Source: a virus (Duplodnaviria; Caudoviricetes). Taken from it: a stretch of 46,587 nt of DNA. This document shows positions 16,923 to 28,400 of the stretch, one piece after another. The notes under the pieces were generated by a model. The model was not told the origin of the DNA, did not search any database, and worked only from the letters and a program-made list of their open reading frames with translations. How positions within the stretch are numbered: the stretch's first letter is position 1; every line of letters begins with the position of its first letter. The DNA lies in IMG/VR virus record IMGVR_UViG_3300049009_000606, positions 1-46,587 of that record. One strand, written 5' to 3'. The position numbers and the translations under genes are program-made.

Positions 16923-17178
16923 GTCGGTGGGAAATAGATTCGCCGGCGTTGGGAGCCGAGCGGACCAAGTAGTCGTTCAAATTGATAGGGTGCTTTTCGT
17001 ACGTGGCAAGTTCAAGAAGCTCCATGATGCGAGGGGACGGGACGCTGTTGCGTTCTCCCCACTTCTCGATCGTCTTCACAGAAAGCTTGTAGCCCCTGGC
17101 ATTCATCCGACGCCAAAGCTCCATGCGACCACCGAAGCGGGCGACGAGTTTCTTGATGTCGAGTGTTTGATTCTTCAC
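16888..17178 (-). CDS. Cro-like HTH regulator
   Basis: GTG start. IKKLVARFGGRMELWRRM...LSVKTIEKWGERNSVP is Cro/YdaS-like. First gene of the replication operon. Confidence 0.7.
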   Translation of the reverse strand: MKNQTLDIKKLVARFGGRMELWRRMNARGYKLSVKTIEKWGERNSVPSPRIMELLELATYEKHPINLNDYLVRSAPNAGESISHRHEKQKSKVVPR

Positions 17179-17200
17179 GGCGTTGGGTCCGATGGAAGAG

Positions 17201-17253
17201 ACGTTGATCTACATACTGTAGGGCGTCAAGTTACAAAAGGACAGATTTTGTAA
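17201..17253 (-). promoter_or_regulatory. promoter with overlapping inverted repeats (candidate operators)
   Basis: - strand TTGACG-N17-CAACGT. CTACA-TAC-TGTAG (17209-17221) sits in the spacer and TTACAAAA-N7-TTTTGTAA (17231-17253) just upstream. Confidence 0.55.
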
Positions 17254-17283
17254 ACTAATCATAAACCAATGTATACCAGCAAC

Positions 17284-17592
17284 TTAAGCCTTTTTAATTC
17301 GCTTTTTTAGCCAGGATATAGAGGCGTCCACGATGTTGGTTGCGGATGCACCAGATATTCCGATGCATGCATCCTTCAATCCCTGGGCCATTTCAAACTC
17401 CTTTAATCCCTGGCCCACCAGCCACGCGACGATGCCGGCGGCAAACACGTAGCGCGCGGCTTTTCCCCACGTCATACCTGGCTCTTCTGATAGTAAGATT
17501 CTCGCGAGCATACCAGCCATGCCGATCAGAGAAGCCATGAAGCCTCCGTTCTGAAGTTGCTCGATGAGACCCAATTCTTCCGGAGGTTTCAT
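17284..17592 (-). CDS. putative holin
   Basis: 102 aa, 2-3 hydrophobic segments, basic C-terminus (WLKKRIKKA), last gene of the late block. Confidence 0.65.
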   Translation of the reverse strand: MKPPEELGLIEQLQNGGFMASLIGMAGMLARILLSEEPGMTWGKAARYVFAAGIVAWLVGQGLKEFEMAQGLKDACIGISGASATNIVDASISWLKKRIKKA

Positions 17593-17855
17593 TGACGTCT
17601 GTAACCCATTTTCCAGAGGGCGTCTGCGATGATCGTAGCAGTAGCGGCTACGTTTTGTTCTGCCATGTAAGGACAGGCTACGTGGATAAATTCGTGTACG
17701 GCAGAATCCAAAAGTTCAGACTCCGGTTGACGAGGGTCCAGGGTTACCTCTCCGGTGGCCTTGTCTGCTTGCCCGAAATCGGTGCTATTAGAGTTGGTTG
17801 GCGGGTGTTCCCCAAGCTCCTTAAACTCAACCTTGATTTTTGGGCGTGTCTTCAT
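17589..17855 (-). CDS. small HExxH zincin-like protein
   Basis: ATG at 17855 (MKTRPKIK). GQA...VTLDPRQ...LLDSAVHEFIH....E motif. Confidence 0.7.
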   Translation of the reverse strand: MKTRPKIKVEFKELGEHPPTNSNSTDFGQADKATGEVTLDPRQPESELLDSAVHEFIHVACPYMAEQNVAATATIIADALWKMGYRRQ

Positions 17856-18534
17856 TGGCTTTGTCGCGGACGTAATCCCACAGCAGGTAGAGCAGGAGTC
17901 CACACCCTGCGGCCAGCGAACCTCCGGCGATATAATTAAAATACGGACTATCGACCACAAACGGGAATGCCCCGATCGCGCCCCCGCACATGAGCAAAGG
18001 GATGCCGGTACGCGGACCGACCAAGGCCGTCACGACCCCGCCGATGACTGCCAGGGCTGCGCCAGCCATAGTCCACACGTCTTTCTTCCCCTGCTCAATC
18101 TTCTCCGTAAGTTCGGCGATCTTCTTGTCCTTGATGTCAGACACTCTCTTCGCTTCGGCCTGGTCTGCCTCAAGCCGCTCCCATGCCTTGTTCACAGCCG
18201 TAGCCAACTGCCGGCCAAAGGCCATCTGTTTAGAGTAGTCGAGCGGATCTTGCTTTACCGCGCGAGCGATCGCGAACTCGACGTCTTTCTGAGGGGGCGG
18301 TGGGAGGTACGACTGAGCTAGGCGAGATTCAGCAACCACGACCTTCGGCTTATCCGCGTTCCGCTCAATGGCTACCAGGGCAGCGCCGACTCGATGATCG
18401 GTCTTGTCCAGGTCCTTGCCCAGGGTGGTCACAGCGTCCGGCTTTGTTGGAGCTGCCGGCTGGACAGGGAGTACTTCGGGCTTGGACGAGCATCCGGCCA
18501 GCGCAAGTAGTACGACTGGCAGGAGACGCCACAT
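17827..18534 (-). CDS. lipoprotein with coiled coil and C-terminal TM segments (unimolecular-spanin-like)
   Basis: MWRLLPVVLLALAG-C lipobox, central helical/coiled region and 2-3 C-terminal hydrophobic helices. Confidence 0.6.
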   Translation of the reverse strand: MWRLLPVVLLALAGCSSKPEVLPVQPAAPTKPDAVTTLGKDLDKTDHRVGAALVAIERNADKPKVVVAESRLAQSYLPPPPQKDVEFAIARAVKQDPLDYSKQMAFGRQLATAVNKAWERLEADQAEAKRVSDIKDKKIAELTEKIEQGKKDVWTMAGAALAVIGGVVTALVGPRTGIPLLMCGGAIGAFPFVVDSPYFNYIAGGSLAAGCGLLLYLLWDYVRDKANEDTPKNQG

Positions 18535-18665
18535 CACTCCTTGTCGATCTTGAATTCTTCAGCCAGGTCCTTGATCTTGGCGACCTTGGACGACTTGGCG
18601 TTCTTGACGCCGGCGGCAAAGCCACAGGCAAATCCGATAACTAGGGTAATGAATGCGAATAGCAT
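18534..18665 (-). CDS. small N-terminal TM protein (43 aa)
   Basis: Read manually: MLFAFITLVIGFACGFAAGVKNAKSSKVAKIKDLAEEFKIDKE*. TGATG overlap with the lipoprotein gene. Confidence 0.7.
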   Translation of the reverse strand: MLFAFITLVIGFACGFAAGVKNAKSSKVAKIKDLAEEFKIDKE

Positions 18666-18681
18666 AGTCCTACCATTGTCG

Positions 18682-18948
18682 CTAAGACCTGGATTTGGTC
18701 AACCGTTTCAGCCACCTATAGACTTTGCCTATCTGTTCAAAGGTGGCATCGTGCTTTATGGTATTAGCCATACGGCTTATAACTACGACATTCCCTGGCA
18801 CATAGCCCTTCTTTGGGTCTATCCTGTCCAGGCTTGGGGCTTTGGCGTCTGGTATGTGATTCTTCCCCGTCTTGTACGTCACCCCCATTACTGGGCACTT
18901 GAGGCCTATGACTATGTCGGCTTCGGTAATGCTAAATGGAAGCCCCAT
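18682..18948 (-). CDS. HNH-like endonuclease (SLDRID family); true start uncertain, frame open to 19053
   Basis: GLPFSIT..DI...CPVMG and PSLDRIDPKKGYVPGNVVVISRMANTIK. Confidence 0.7.
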   Translation of the reverse strand: MGLPFSITEADIVIGLKCPVMGVTYKTGKNHIPDAKAPSLDRIDPKKGYVPGNVVVISRMANTIKHDATFEQIGKVYRWLKRLTKSRS

Positions 18949-19056
18949 CTTCTTGGCTCGCTGCCGAGCAAGCGCGAGAAGTACCCTGGCGGGGTTCGCC
19001 TTACGATAACGCTGGAGCCACTCCAGACGTTGCTTACCGGTCTTGGCCGTACGCTA

Positions 19057-19392
19057 TCAACGCCACTTTCCGCTCCGCAGGAGCAGGCCAATGACGCCGT
19101 AGTTTGCGAGATCGGACCAAGAATCGATGATCGGTTCGTTGGTAGCAGCCGGCTCGCCCTTCATCTCCTTCGTGAGGAGATTCCGGATTCGGCTTACTTT
19201 ATCCTGGGTGCGGACCATGACACCCAACTCGCCGTTCAAACTGATATTGCTGCTCCCATAGTCCATCTGCTTACGGTCCATAAGCTGGGCTAGGGGAATG
19301 ATGGCGCGGAGGTATTCGCGTCCCATCTCAGTCTGGAGGCCGAGATCAGCGTGGAGCTTCTCGGCCAGGGCGTCGGTATCAATGTTGGGCAT
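19057..19392 (-). CDS. Nucleotide-modification-associated domain 1 (Nmad1/DUF1599) protein
   Basis: KQMDYG, GVMVRTQDKVSRIRNL and DSWSDLANYGVI motifs. ATG at 19392. Confidence 0.8.
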   Translation of the reverse strand: MPNIDTDALAEKLHADLGLQTEMGREYLRAIIPLAQLMDRKQMDYGSSNISLNGELGVMVRTQDKVSRIRNLLTKEMKGEPAATNEPIIDSWSDLANYGVIGLLLRSGKWR

Positions 19393-19435
19393 TGTGGGAT
19401 AATACTCCCCCAATACCCAACATCAGTCAACCATC

Positions 19436-22400
19436 TTATCGCGATGGAGGCCTGGGCTTAGGGGGAGACGTAGGCTCAGGTGTCTGGCTACTTCCCCTTT
19501 CCTGCTTTTCGCCGGCAAAGAGGTCGGCGACAGCCTTTTCGGTACGGTTGTTGGCGACAGCCTGGGCCGCAAGGCCAGCCACAACCTTAACAGGCATCGG
19601 GGCCATCTCGGTAGCCAGGGCAAGACCAGCGTTGGCAGCGGGAACGAAGGCAGATCGGTAACCAACAGACGCCACCGCCCGCTGGGCAGCATTAGAATCA
19701 GGGTTTTCGATCATTGCCGCGCCGGCAGTCCATGCCTTCTTGGCCCAATCTCCGACTACGCCAGCTGGAAGTTGTCCGCGTGAGATGGCCTTCCATAAGA
19801 TTTCGGCAGGGCCCAGCATGCCGGTATATACAAAGGCGTCCGCCATAGACTTAACCCATGCAGGCACCTTGTCTCCATCCTTGAATTCAAACCCAGTCAG
19901 CATATTGATGATGGTTCTGATTCCGTAGGTAGCAGCCGTAGCCACGGCGAAAGCAGGACCTACTCCGGCCATAAGCATACGTTCGGTGGCGTTGTATTTA
20001 TTATCTCCAACGATCTTGCGACTCTGTTCCTGCATGCGTCGTCCGTGTTGAGCGGACCACTCATTGGTAAACGTAGAGAACTGGAAGAACATGCGTCCCA
20101 ATGCAGTATCATTTGCCGATTCCGTACGAGAAGACCGTGAGGCCTGGACGGACGACTGCTTGTTGAAGATGATAAGTGCCTGACGGTATTTAGCGGCCAT
20201 CGGATCTCCGCTCATAATAGCTTGGAGTTGCTGCGTTTCGTTGCCTTTACGCATTTCCTTTACCCAGGCTGAAAACTCGGCCAGGTCTTCATCCTTTAGG
20301 CCAAGCTCTTTAAGTCTGTCTTTTGCAAGGTTATCAGCCTTAGCTTCCTTACCCATTGCTCGCGCGATGCGCTGAAGATTGTGGGTACCTTCAAGCCACT
20401 TGATATTAGTATCGATGAAGTCAGCCCCGATTCGCAGAGATATCTCTCTCTTCGCTGCTTCGGTAGCATGGATGCCGTACATGCGGTATACGCCATCTGA
20501 CGCCTTGTTTAGCTTACCCTGGTAGTCGGAACCGCCGTCCAGGTGATAGCCTGATGCGATGGTGCCGAAACCACGGTCGATCGTATTGATGCCAAACTCA
20601 ATAGCCAGGGCAGAGGCAAGGTCATGTCCCTTTCCATAGATGCGCTCAATTTCATTTCTTGCGTTGGTGGTCTGTTCAGGCGTCAGGCGTCCAACGATAT
20701 TGCCGGTCCTGCGGAACATCTGCCACACGGCCTTGACGCTGTCTGATGCCGATTCGGTGCGAACTCCGATAGAAGCAGCCTCGGTGATATTTAAAAGACC
20801 GGTGAGCTTCAGGTAGGCTGCGTTTGAGATAAGCTTGGTGAAGTCAAGGGCCTGCTGGGTCTCTTCGCCCATGCGCTTTCCGCCAATACCGATGTTCGAT
20901 TTGATAAGCTGCTCGATCTCTGCGATGTCCTTCGGGTCTACACCCTGCTTGTCCATCTCGCTCTTGATCTTGCCCCATGCTCCGTTGTCCACTCCGATTC
21001 GTCGGGATACTTCTGCCTTACGCACAAGACCGCCAACATAGTTAATAACGGTGCGCTCGACGTCCTTGTCTCGGTAAGCGTCAAAGAGCAAAGCCTCGTC
21101 CTTGGTAAACTCGCGCTTTTTCTGGAAGCTTTCCTTGGTTCCCTGGCGTGGCTCTTCAAAGATTCCATGCTCGAAGTCCAGGCCTTCACGCCCAAGCAGG
21201 ATAGCATCGCGCCACTTACGGGCCATCAGATCAAAGTCAGGGGTCTCCGCCTCAACGTATTCGGTTCCATTCTTAGCCGCCTCATCTTTTGCCTCCTGCT
21301 TGAGACGTTCAAACTGAACCTCATATGCCTTGGTGGCCGCACGAACAAAGCCGGCCTTGTCTGCATCTACCGCGTTGGCATCTACGGATCGAGGGAAGAA
21401 TCCTTCAACCTTTCCAAGCTTCAGACCAGCATCGATACCGTACTTTTGCATTTCTGCCAGAACGACACCGACTTCCTTGATGGCTTCACCGACACGTCCG
21501 CCTACTTGGCGAGGGGCGCGTCCTTCTACGCACTTGATGAATAGCGAGTTGAACTCCTTCAGTTCAGCCGGCCCCATCTTTCGCATGTCTTCCAATACAG
21601 GGCCAAAAGCCTTGGTAAGTTTGTTGAAGAACACGTTTCGCATGTTTGCGGAATCCGTGTTGTAATCGGGTGCTTCAGCTTCCTTGCCCGGGATGAGCGA
21701 GAAGTCATTGACTACTTTTTGAAGTGCTTCGGACTGCGGGTTAAGATCAGCAATCGTACGCATACGCATCGAAAGCGGCTTAAACCACGCCACGACTGGA
21801 TGGTCTACTACGCTGCGCCACACCTTGCCCCCTGCGGTAAGCTCTGGCTTTTCACCGCGAGCCAGGTTCCGGTCAACTTCGCGGGCCTGGTCAATGGCGT
21901 CGCGTTCTTCCGGGGTAAGGCGGGTTGCCTCTTCGACGTCCTTCTTGCTGGACATCTTTGGCTCTGAATAGACAGACGGGTCTGCGTCTTCAGGCTTATA
22001 CCGTCCCTTGGCAAAGTTTGCCAGGATACGCTTGGCCTGCTCCTTACCGAATACCTGGGCAAAAGCCGTCTTGATGCTGTTCCACACGCCGGCAATCTTC
22101 TGCTTCCAACCTGGCTGCTCGCCGGTGTAGGCAGGGTCATTGTTAAGCTTTTCACGGGCCGCTTCCTTAAAGGTCTCAGCGAACCATTCGCGCGGGGTGA
22201 ATAGGCGGTACATCTCGTCCGTAGGACGAACCTCATAATGGGTAATCTCGCCCTTCTTGTTACGTGCCGGAGACACGAAACGATCAAGCGTAGGGAAGTC
22301 AGCAGCAGCCTCGGCGTAAGCTTCCTTAGAAATCTTAACCTTGGCCCAGTTGTCAGAGCCTTCTACAAGGCGACCGAACACGCTCCACTTATCCGTGAAC

Positions 22401-25400
22401 TTCTTGCGGGCTGCAAGCCACTCGGCCCGTAGGGCAGCACGATCCCCCTCGGGCAGGAACTGTTCCAGGTGGTGGCCGACTTCGTGGCCGGCGGTGTCTT
22501 CAAAACGGCCACGCTGGATGGCTTCCTTGAAGATAGTTACGATGCGGTTAGCTACGTCGTACTGGCCCTGGTGACCAGGGCGACCCTGGCGAATGGACAT
22601 CTTAACACCATCAAAGAACTGTCCACCGATGTAGTTGATGATACGGCTAAGACCCTCGACTTCCTTGTCCGTGATTTCCCCGCGCATACGGGCTTCGGAA
22701 ACGGCGCGGTCCATGATTCCGATGAATCCACGGCGACCTCCGTCCTCTTCCTTGCCGGCTTCGCGGTTCTCGGCGTTCTGCTTGACGCGACGGTCAAGCT
22801 CCCTGGCCTTACGCTCTTCCATGTCGAAGGCGTCGTTCGCGTCGTTGTTCGGATCGCGACGAGAATCCAAGGTCTCATCAAGAGTCCATTTCTTCTCGTT
22901 TTCGTATGACGACTTTCTGTCGATACGTGACTGATCGCGAGCTTCCTTTTGTTCCCATGCGCCTTCAAACCACCTCTTTGACTCGGTGAGCAAAGATTCA
23001 AGCTCTTTAAGCTTAAGCTGGGTCAAGACTTCGTTTCCATCACGTCTTGCTTCCGTGATTTCATCCCTGACCTTGTCGATCCTACGATCATATTCATTTT
23101 GCTTCTGCTTTGCCCTGTAGCCAGAACCTTCACGGAACTGGATGTCTTCACCATGCTGAACGACCCTGTGTACGATGCTCTTGAAAGATGTCTCGCCGTC
23201 GCGCGGTCCGATGCTGTTGCCATCTTTGTCGTATGCGAAGAACCTATTTCCGTCGGTGATGATCTTGGTTCCGTCTTCATGGGTCCAGGTTTTTTGTAGA
23301 CCAATGTCCCTGGTGTTCTCGTCGAGCTTCTGGTTAATTAGATCACGCAGAGCTTTGTGCTTAGGCCAATTGTTCACTTCGACTCCCTGTCGCCATGCGA
23401 TATCATCAAACCATCCACCTCCGTTTTGGTCAGCTGTGCGCTTCCTTGCTTCCTTCCAGAAATCAAGTTCCGAAGCGTCGGGATGGCGTTCGCGCCATTC
23501 CTTGAAAAGCTTATCCATTCTTTCCTTCGCCCATCCGGACTGGTCCTCTTCCGGATCGCGACGCATGTCCAGGGTGGTACCTTCGGCCCCAGACTTCATC
23601 TCCTTGCGTACTTCGGCGATTCGCTGGCGGAGCATACTGCCACCCGTAAGTCCGTTATTAGGATTGGAGTAAGGGTCGATACGAACCTTGTCTCTCAATG
23701 TTTCAGCGATTTCTCTAATGGAAGTACCAGGTTCAAAATATTCGTACGGAGTGCTGTTGTATTCAGCGTCTCTGCTGTAATCAAATTCTAATCCATCGCG
23801 AAGACTTAGTTGTGCCTTGTTCTTTGGGTTGTACTTTCTACCGGTTATCGCGGTCGATAGAGATTCAAATGCGGGATGGCTCTGAACCCACTCCATCGTA
23901 GGCTCGAATTTATCATTGTGTTCTTTGATGCTTCTACGGACGTGTTCCAGCACGTCAGCGTTCTTTTTACCCCAAAGGTCTTTATGGTTCTCGCTGATGT
24001 CTTTTTCAAGCACGGCGCGCTTTTCCCTTAGGTCAGCTACCTCTTTCATCAGTTCGGCCCTACGTGCCTCAGTAAGACCTTCCGGCTCACCCCTGGAACC
24101 TCCCGGTTCAGGAGCCTCAAAGAGATCAATTTCGTCGATACGATCATTAAGCTTTTCAAGCTCCTTGACCTTCTTACGACCAACCTCGTCGCCATACTGC
24201 GTCCCCGATGCCGGCTCGGTACGACCAACCGTGGCCTGACCTGTCTTGGGCTTGCGGATCAGGATAGCGTCGCTGCCTTCGGTCTTCTGTTCGAAGCCGT
24301 TCTTCTTGTACCACTCGATCAGCTGCTGCTTGTTCAGGGACTCGCCCTTGCCGATGATGGACCGGAACGGGGTAGGCTCCAACTGGAGCGTAAGCCCGGC
24401 CTTGTCAGCGGCTTCGGTAAGCTCGGCAAGGGCCTTGCTCGCGGAGCCCTTGCCACGGCCTTCAGGGGCGGTGACAATGCGCTCGATGTTGTAGATGACG
24501 TTGCCGGCGGCGTCCTTCTCCTGACCGTCCATGATCTGGACCTTGCCGTTGACCAACTCCATGCCTTCAGAGGCCAGGGTAATCTTGGTGTCACCGACCA
24601 CCAGGGTAGGACGCTGGCGACCGTTGTCCTCTACGCCGCCCTCGGCGACGAAGTCGTCCGTGTTGTTGCGACGCAGGATCTTCAGGTCCTTCTCGGCCAG
24701 GGCGTCTTCCAGCTTCTCGATTGGGTACTTCTTTTCGGCAGGCTCCTGGGCGGCTTCCTGAACGGGAGGCTTTGCCGGCTCGCCGGCAGGCTGGCTCTTG
24801 CCGCGAATAGACTCGATGTGCGAGATAGCCATTCGAAGGCCGGAGTGCGGGTCGTTCTGACTGTTTGTGAACTGCTTAATTTCCTTGAACGGCATAACCT
24901 CTCCGTTTTCGACTGAAAGGATCTTGAAGTATCCGTTGGAATCCTTCCTTGTTACTCCGGCCATGTGCGAGATGGCAAACTTTCCAGACTTATCAATCCA
25001 GGTCTTGTTGCGATTCCCCCTTACATCGCCGTCTCCATCAAGAGAGAAGCCCGCCTTTTTGAGCAGCTTAGTGTCCTCAAGCGCCAATGAATAATCCTTT
25101 AGAAGTCCTTCGCTTACATGCGCCCTTAGAAGGGCGTTCTTCCTCTCTTGTTCAGTTTTCGCTTCGGCTGCTGCTTTCCTGTGTTTTTTGACCTCGTCTG
25201 CAAACTCGTTGATCTTGTCGTTTATTTTCTCCTCGATGTCCTTTTCGACGGCTTCCCGTGCGGGTTCGGTCTTGGGGGATTCAGGCTGCTCGACAACGTC
25301 CTTCCGTCCGGCAAGCCACTTCTCGTAGTCGGCCTTCTTGACGGTGGTGCCGCCAAGTTTGTACCCGACCTTCTCGTTCATCGCTTGAACAAAGCTGCTT

Positions 25401-28400
25401 AAGGAATGTGAAAGATCTGTTGGCTCCGCAGAAAGACTTCCCCAAACATCCATGTATTTGTACTTTTCAAGAAGCTTCTTTGAGAGATGGTAAATCTCAA
25501 TTTCAAGCTCCCTTGCCATTGGGTTTTCGTGCTTCTTAGATCTTCCGTAAGTGTTCTTGTTGATTACAACAAGTTTTTCAAGCTCGACCATTTTGGCGAC
25601 AAGTTCTCTTACATTTGCGTCGTTTTTCCAAATGTCCATACCGCCTTTAATAGCTTTAATTCTCTCTCTGACGTGTTCAGCTGTTGGTGTTTCTCCTGCT
25701 GAAGGCTTTCTTCCGCGTCTTTCATTATCGGCGGAAATGGCTCTTCCAAGATGCTCTTCCTCTGCCTTGATCGCATCTTCTATGCTCTTTTTTCGTTCAG
25801 CCTCAGTATAGTCAGTCCTAATGTTCAATCGCGCTTCGCGTGAAGAATCTAATTCAATTTCCTTAACCTTTGGATCCTCTACCCAATCCTGCGTAGTTGC
25901 TCCAGCAGGCTGGTCCTTGGCGTTTGCCTTGTCGCGATAAGGCTCCATCTTGCGAGAAAGGTAACGCAAGATGGTCTTGGCTCGGATGTCCGGCTCCGCC
26001 AGGGCTTCCTCGCGCGTGGTCGTGTCGTAAGGCATCGGCATCCTCTTGAGGTTATCCTCAGATAGGGAAGCCTCACGGATATCCGGGAAGATCTTTTCAA
26101 GCTGCTTGATGACGTTCTCGATACGTCCCTCGGCCTTGGCCTTGGTTCCACCCATTGGCTTATATTCTCCGATATCGGACACAATATTGAAGGTCTTCAG
26201 GACCTTGTCGTAGTCGAACGGAGCGTCCTTCGTGTCCAAGCCCTGGCCGGCGTCCGGAGGCGTGACCTTCGGCTTCGGCTTGGCGCCCTGGCCGGCTTCA
26301 CCTTCGCCGGAAACGCTATCAAGCAGCTTCTTGATGGCCTTCGCATCCTTACCTGGCTTGTTCTTGTTATTCCAATCTGGGCCAAATTCTGTCAATGTGC
26401 CCTTCTTGAGGTATTCGAAAAGCTTATCTACGGTCTTGATGCCTTCGGGAATCACAATGTCAGCCGATTGGTGCAATTCCAATACGGTGCCGTCTGAATG
26501 CCTTCTTCCGGTATCGCTGATCAGTCGGACGCTCAGATCTCCCGTGATATGGTTCGTACCAATGTCGATTCCAATAAGTGCGCCCTTTCCTGGGCTGGTC
26601 TTTTTGACAAAAGTATATCTCGTAGCCTCCTCTTCAGAGTCCAGCATTTTGATGTTCTCAGACCGGAACTTAATTCCTCCGATTTCGGTCTCAAATCCTT
26701 CCGGTTCATTCACAGGGGCTTCCTTGCCGGACTTGTCCGGCTTCGTCGCCTGCTGCTCCTGGGGCTGCTCGGCAGCATCCATTGCGTCCAGCTTGTCCTG
26801 GAGTTCTGCGGCTCGGTTTGACAGTCGTTCTGACTCTTCCGGGTCAACTTCGACTAGGCTTGCGGCCTCTTCGTTGATTTGCTCGATTTCGTCTTCGATA
26901 CTCTGTCGCCTGGAATCATTCTTCTTTTTGTCCTTCTTTGCCTTCTTTTCGGCATCGTCTTTTCCCTTGGTGTTCTCCCACTTTCTATCAGTAAAAACCT
27001 CTTCAAACCAAAGGTATTTTGGCTTTTTCTCTCCTGTCTTTCCAAGCTTGTAAACAGGTTGGCTCCCGTCCGCAGGGTACGAAACTCCAATTACATCCCA
27101 ACCCTGGGCTTCCTTACTGATACCTTCAGCGCCTTCAGGGAATCCACCCATAGCACGATAGTCCATACCTTGAGATTCATTCGATCCTTTATTGGTCTTA
27201 TCTTTCTTCTTCTTTTCCTGCTTTTCTGGCACCGGCATTGCATCCAGCTTTGCGCGCTCCATGTCCAGGGTAGCCTGAACCTTCTCCTTTTGCTTGTCGG
27301 TGTATTTATTCGGCTTCTGTTTATCCAGACGGGCTAATTGCTTTTCTAGGCCAGAAACGACATTCTTTTGGGTTTCGTAGTCTACCTGCTCCTTTGACGG
27401 TTCGGTCGTATCGGCAGGGCTTTCTTCGCGCCAAGCAGCCTCACGTTCCGCGACATCCTTCGGGTTCTCACGCGGGTCAGCCTGTTCACCGGCAGGGTCG
27501 AAATCACGGTCTTCTTCGACTTTCTTCTCCAGGTTGGCAACAGCCTCGTTCAGTTTCTTCAGCTGGGCCTCCTGGGTGGTACCGGGTTCTGGCTGCGTAG
27601 CCGCGAGGCGATCGCGCTGCTCGCGAAGGTGGGCCAACTGGACCTCAGGAGAGGACTCTTGGGCTTCCGGGATAACAGGTTCTGATGGGGGCTTACTAGC
27701 AGCAGCCTCGGCATCCAGCATCTCAACAGACCTGGGAGTACCGGTAGGCGCCGGCGGGCGTTCACCCTGTTCACGGGCCTGCTGCTGGAGCTTGGCGATA
27801 TGGTCGAAAGCGGCGTCAGCAATCGGACCCATAAGCTCAGGATCCTCGTTGGCTGCTTCTTGAAGGTTTTTTAGGCGCTGCCTTGCGGCTTCAATAAGTT
27901 CTGCCTCGTTGATGAGTTTAATGGCCTCCTTGGGGTCAGGAGTGTTCTCCTTCTTAGCCTGCTCACGAAGCTTTTGTGCTTTTCCGCTCACCCAAGCGTC
28001 GTAGTCCTCTTCAGCAAACTGAATTGCCTCTTCCTTGGTAATAGGAATTGGTCTATCTTTTATTTCCTTAAGCTTGCGATTGTGATCAGCAGTTCGCGCG
28101 GAACGCTCTTCTGAGCTGAGAACACGTGGTTCTCCTGGAGTGTCCTGTTGAACAGGAGCATCAGTTCCATTAGTAGGTTTAGGAAGTTCAGCCTTCGGAA
28201 TGCCGCTTGACCAATGAGTAGCCGAATATTTGTCATCCCATTCTTTTAACAGCTTCTGGTGCGCGGCAATTGCCTCAGGAGAAAGATCTGCACCAGGTCC
28301 ATTTTCTAAAATAGGACGAGAGGGGATGGTTCCCTCTGGGGTGCTAGACTGCATCGGAGGAGGAGTAGGAATTTCCTCCCTTTGAGCTGCATTCCGTTCA

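Noticed and set aside
15480-16937. Long + strand ORFs opposite real genes (also 37730-39100, 7798-8607, 26232-27053, 18541-19293)
   Set aside because: Shadow ORFs from GC3-biased coding on the - strand, with no recognisable motifs or start signals.
19054-19059. Genome-wide stop-codon reassignment
   Set aside because: TGA terminates many genes and TAG terminates 30211-31554, and conserved genes are intact under the standard code.
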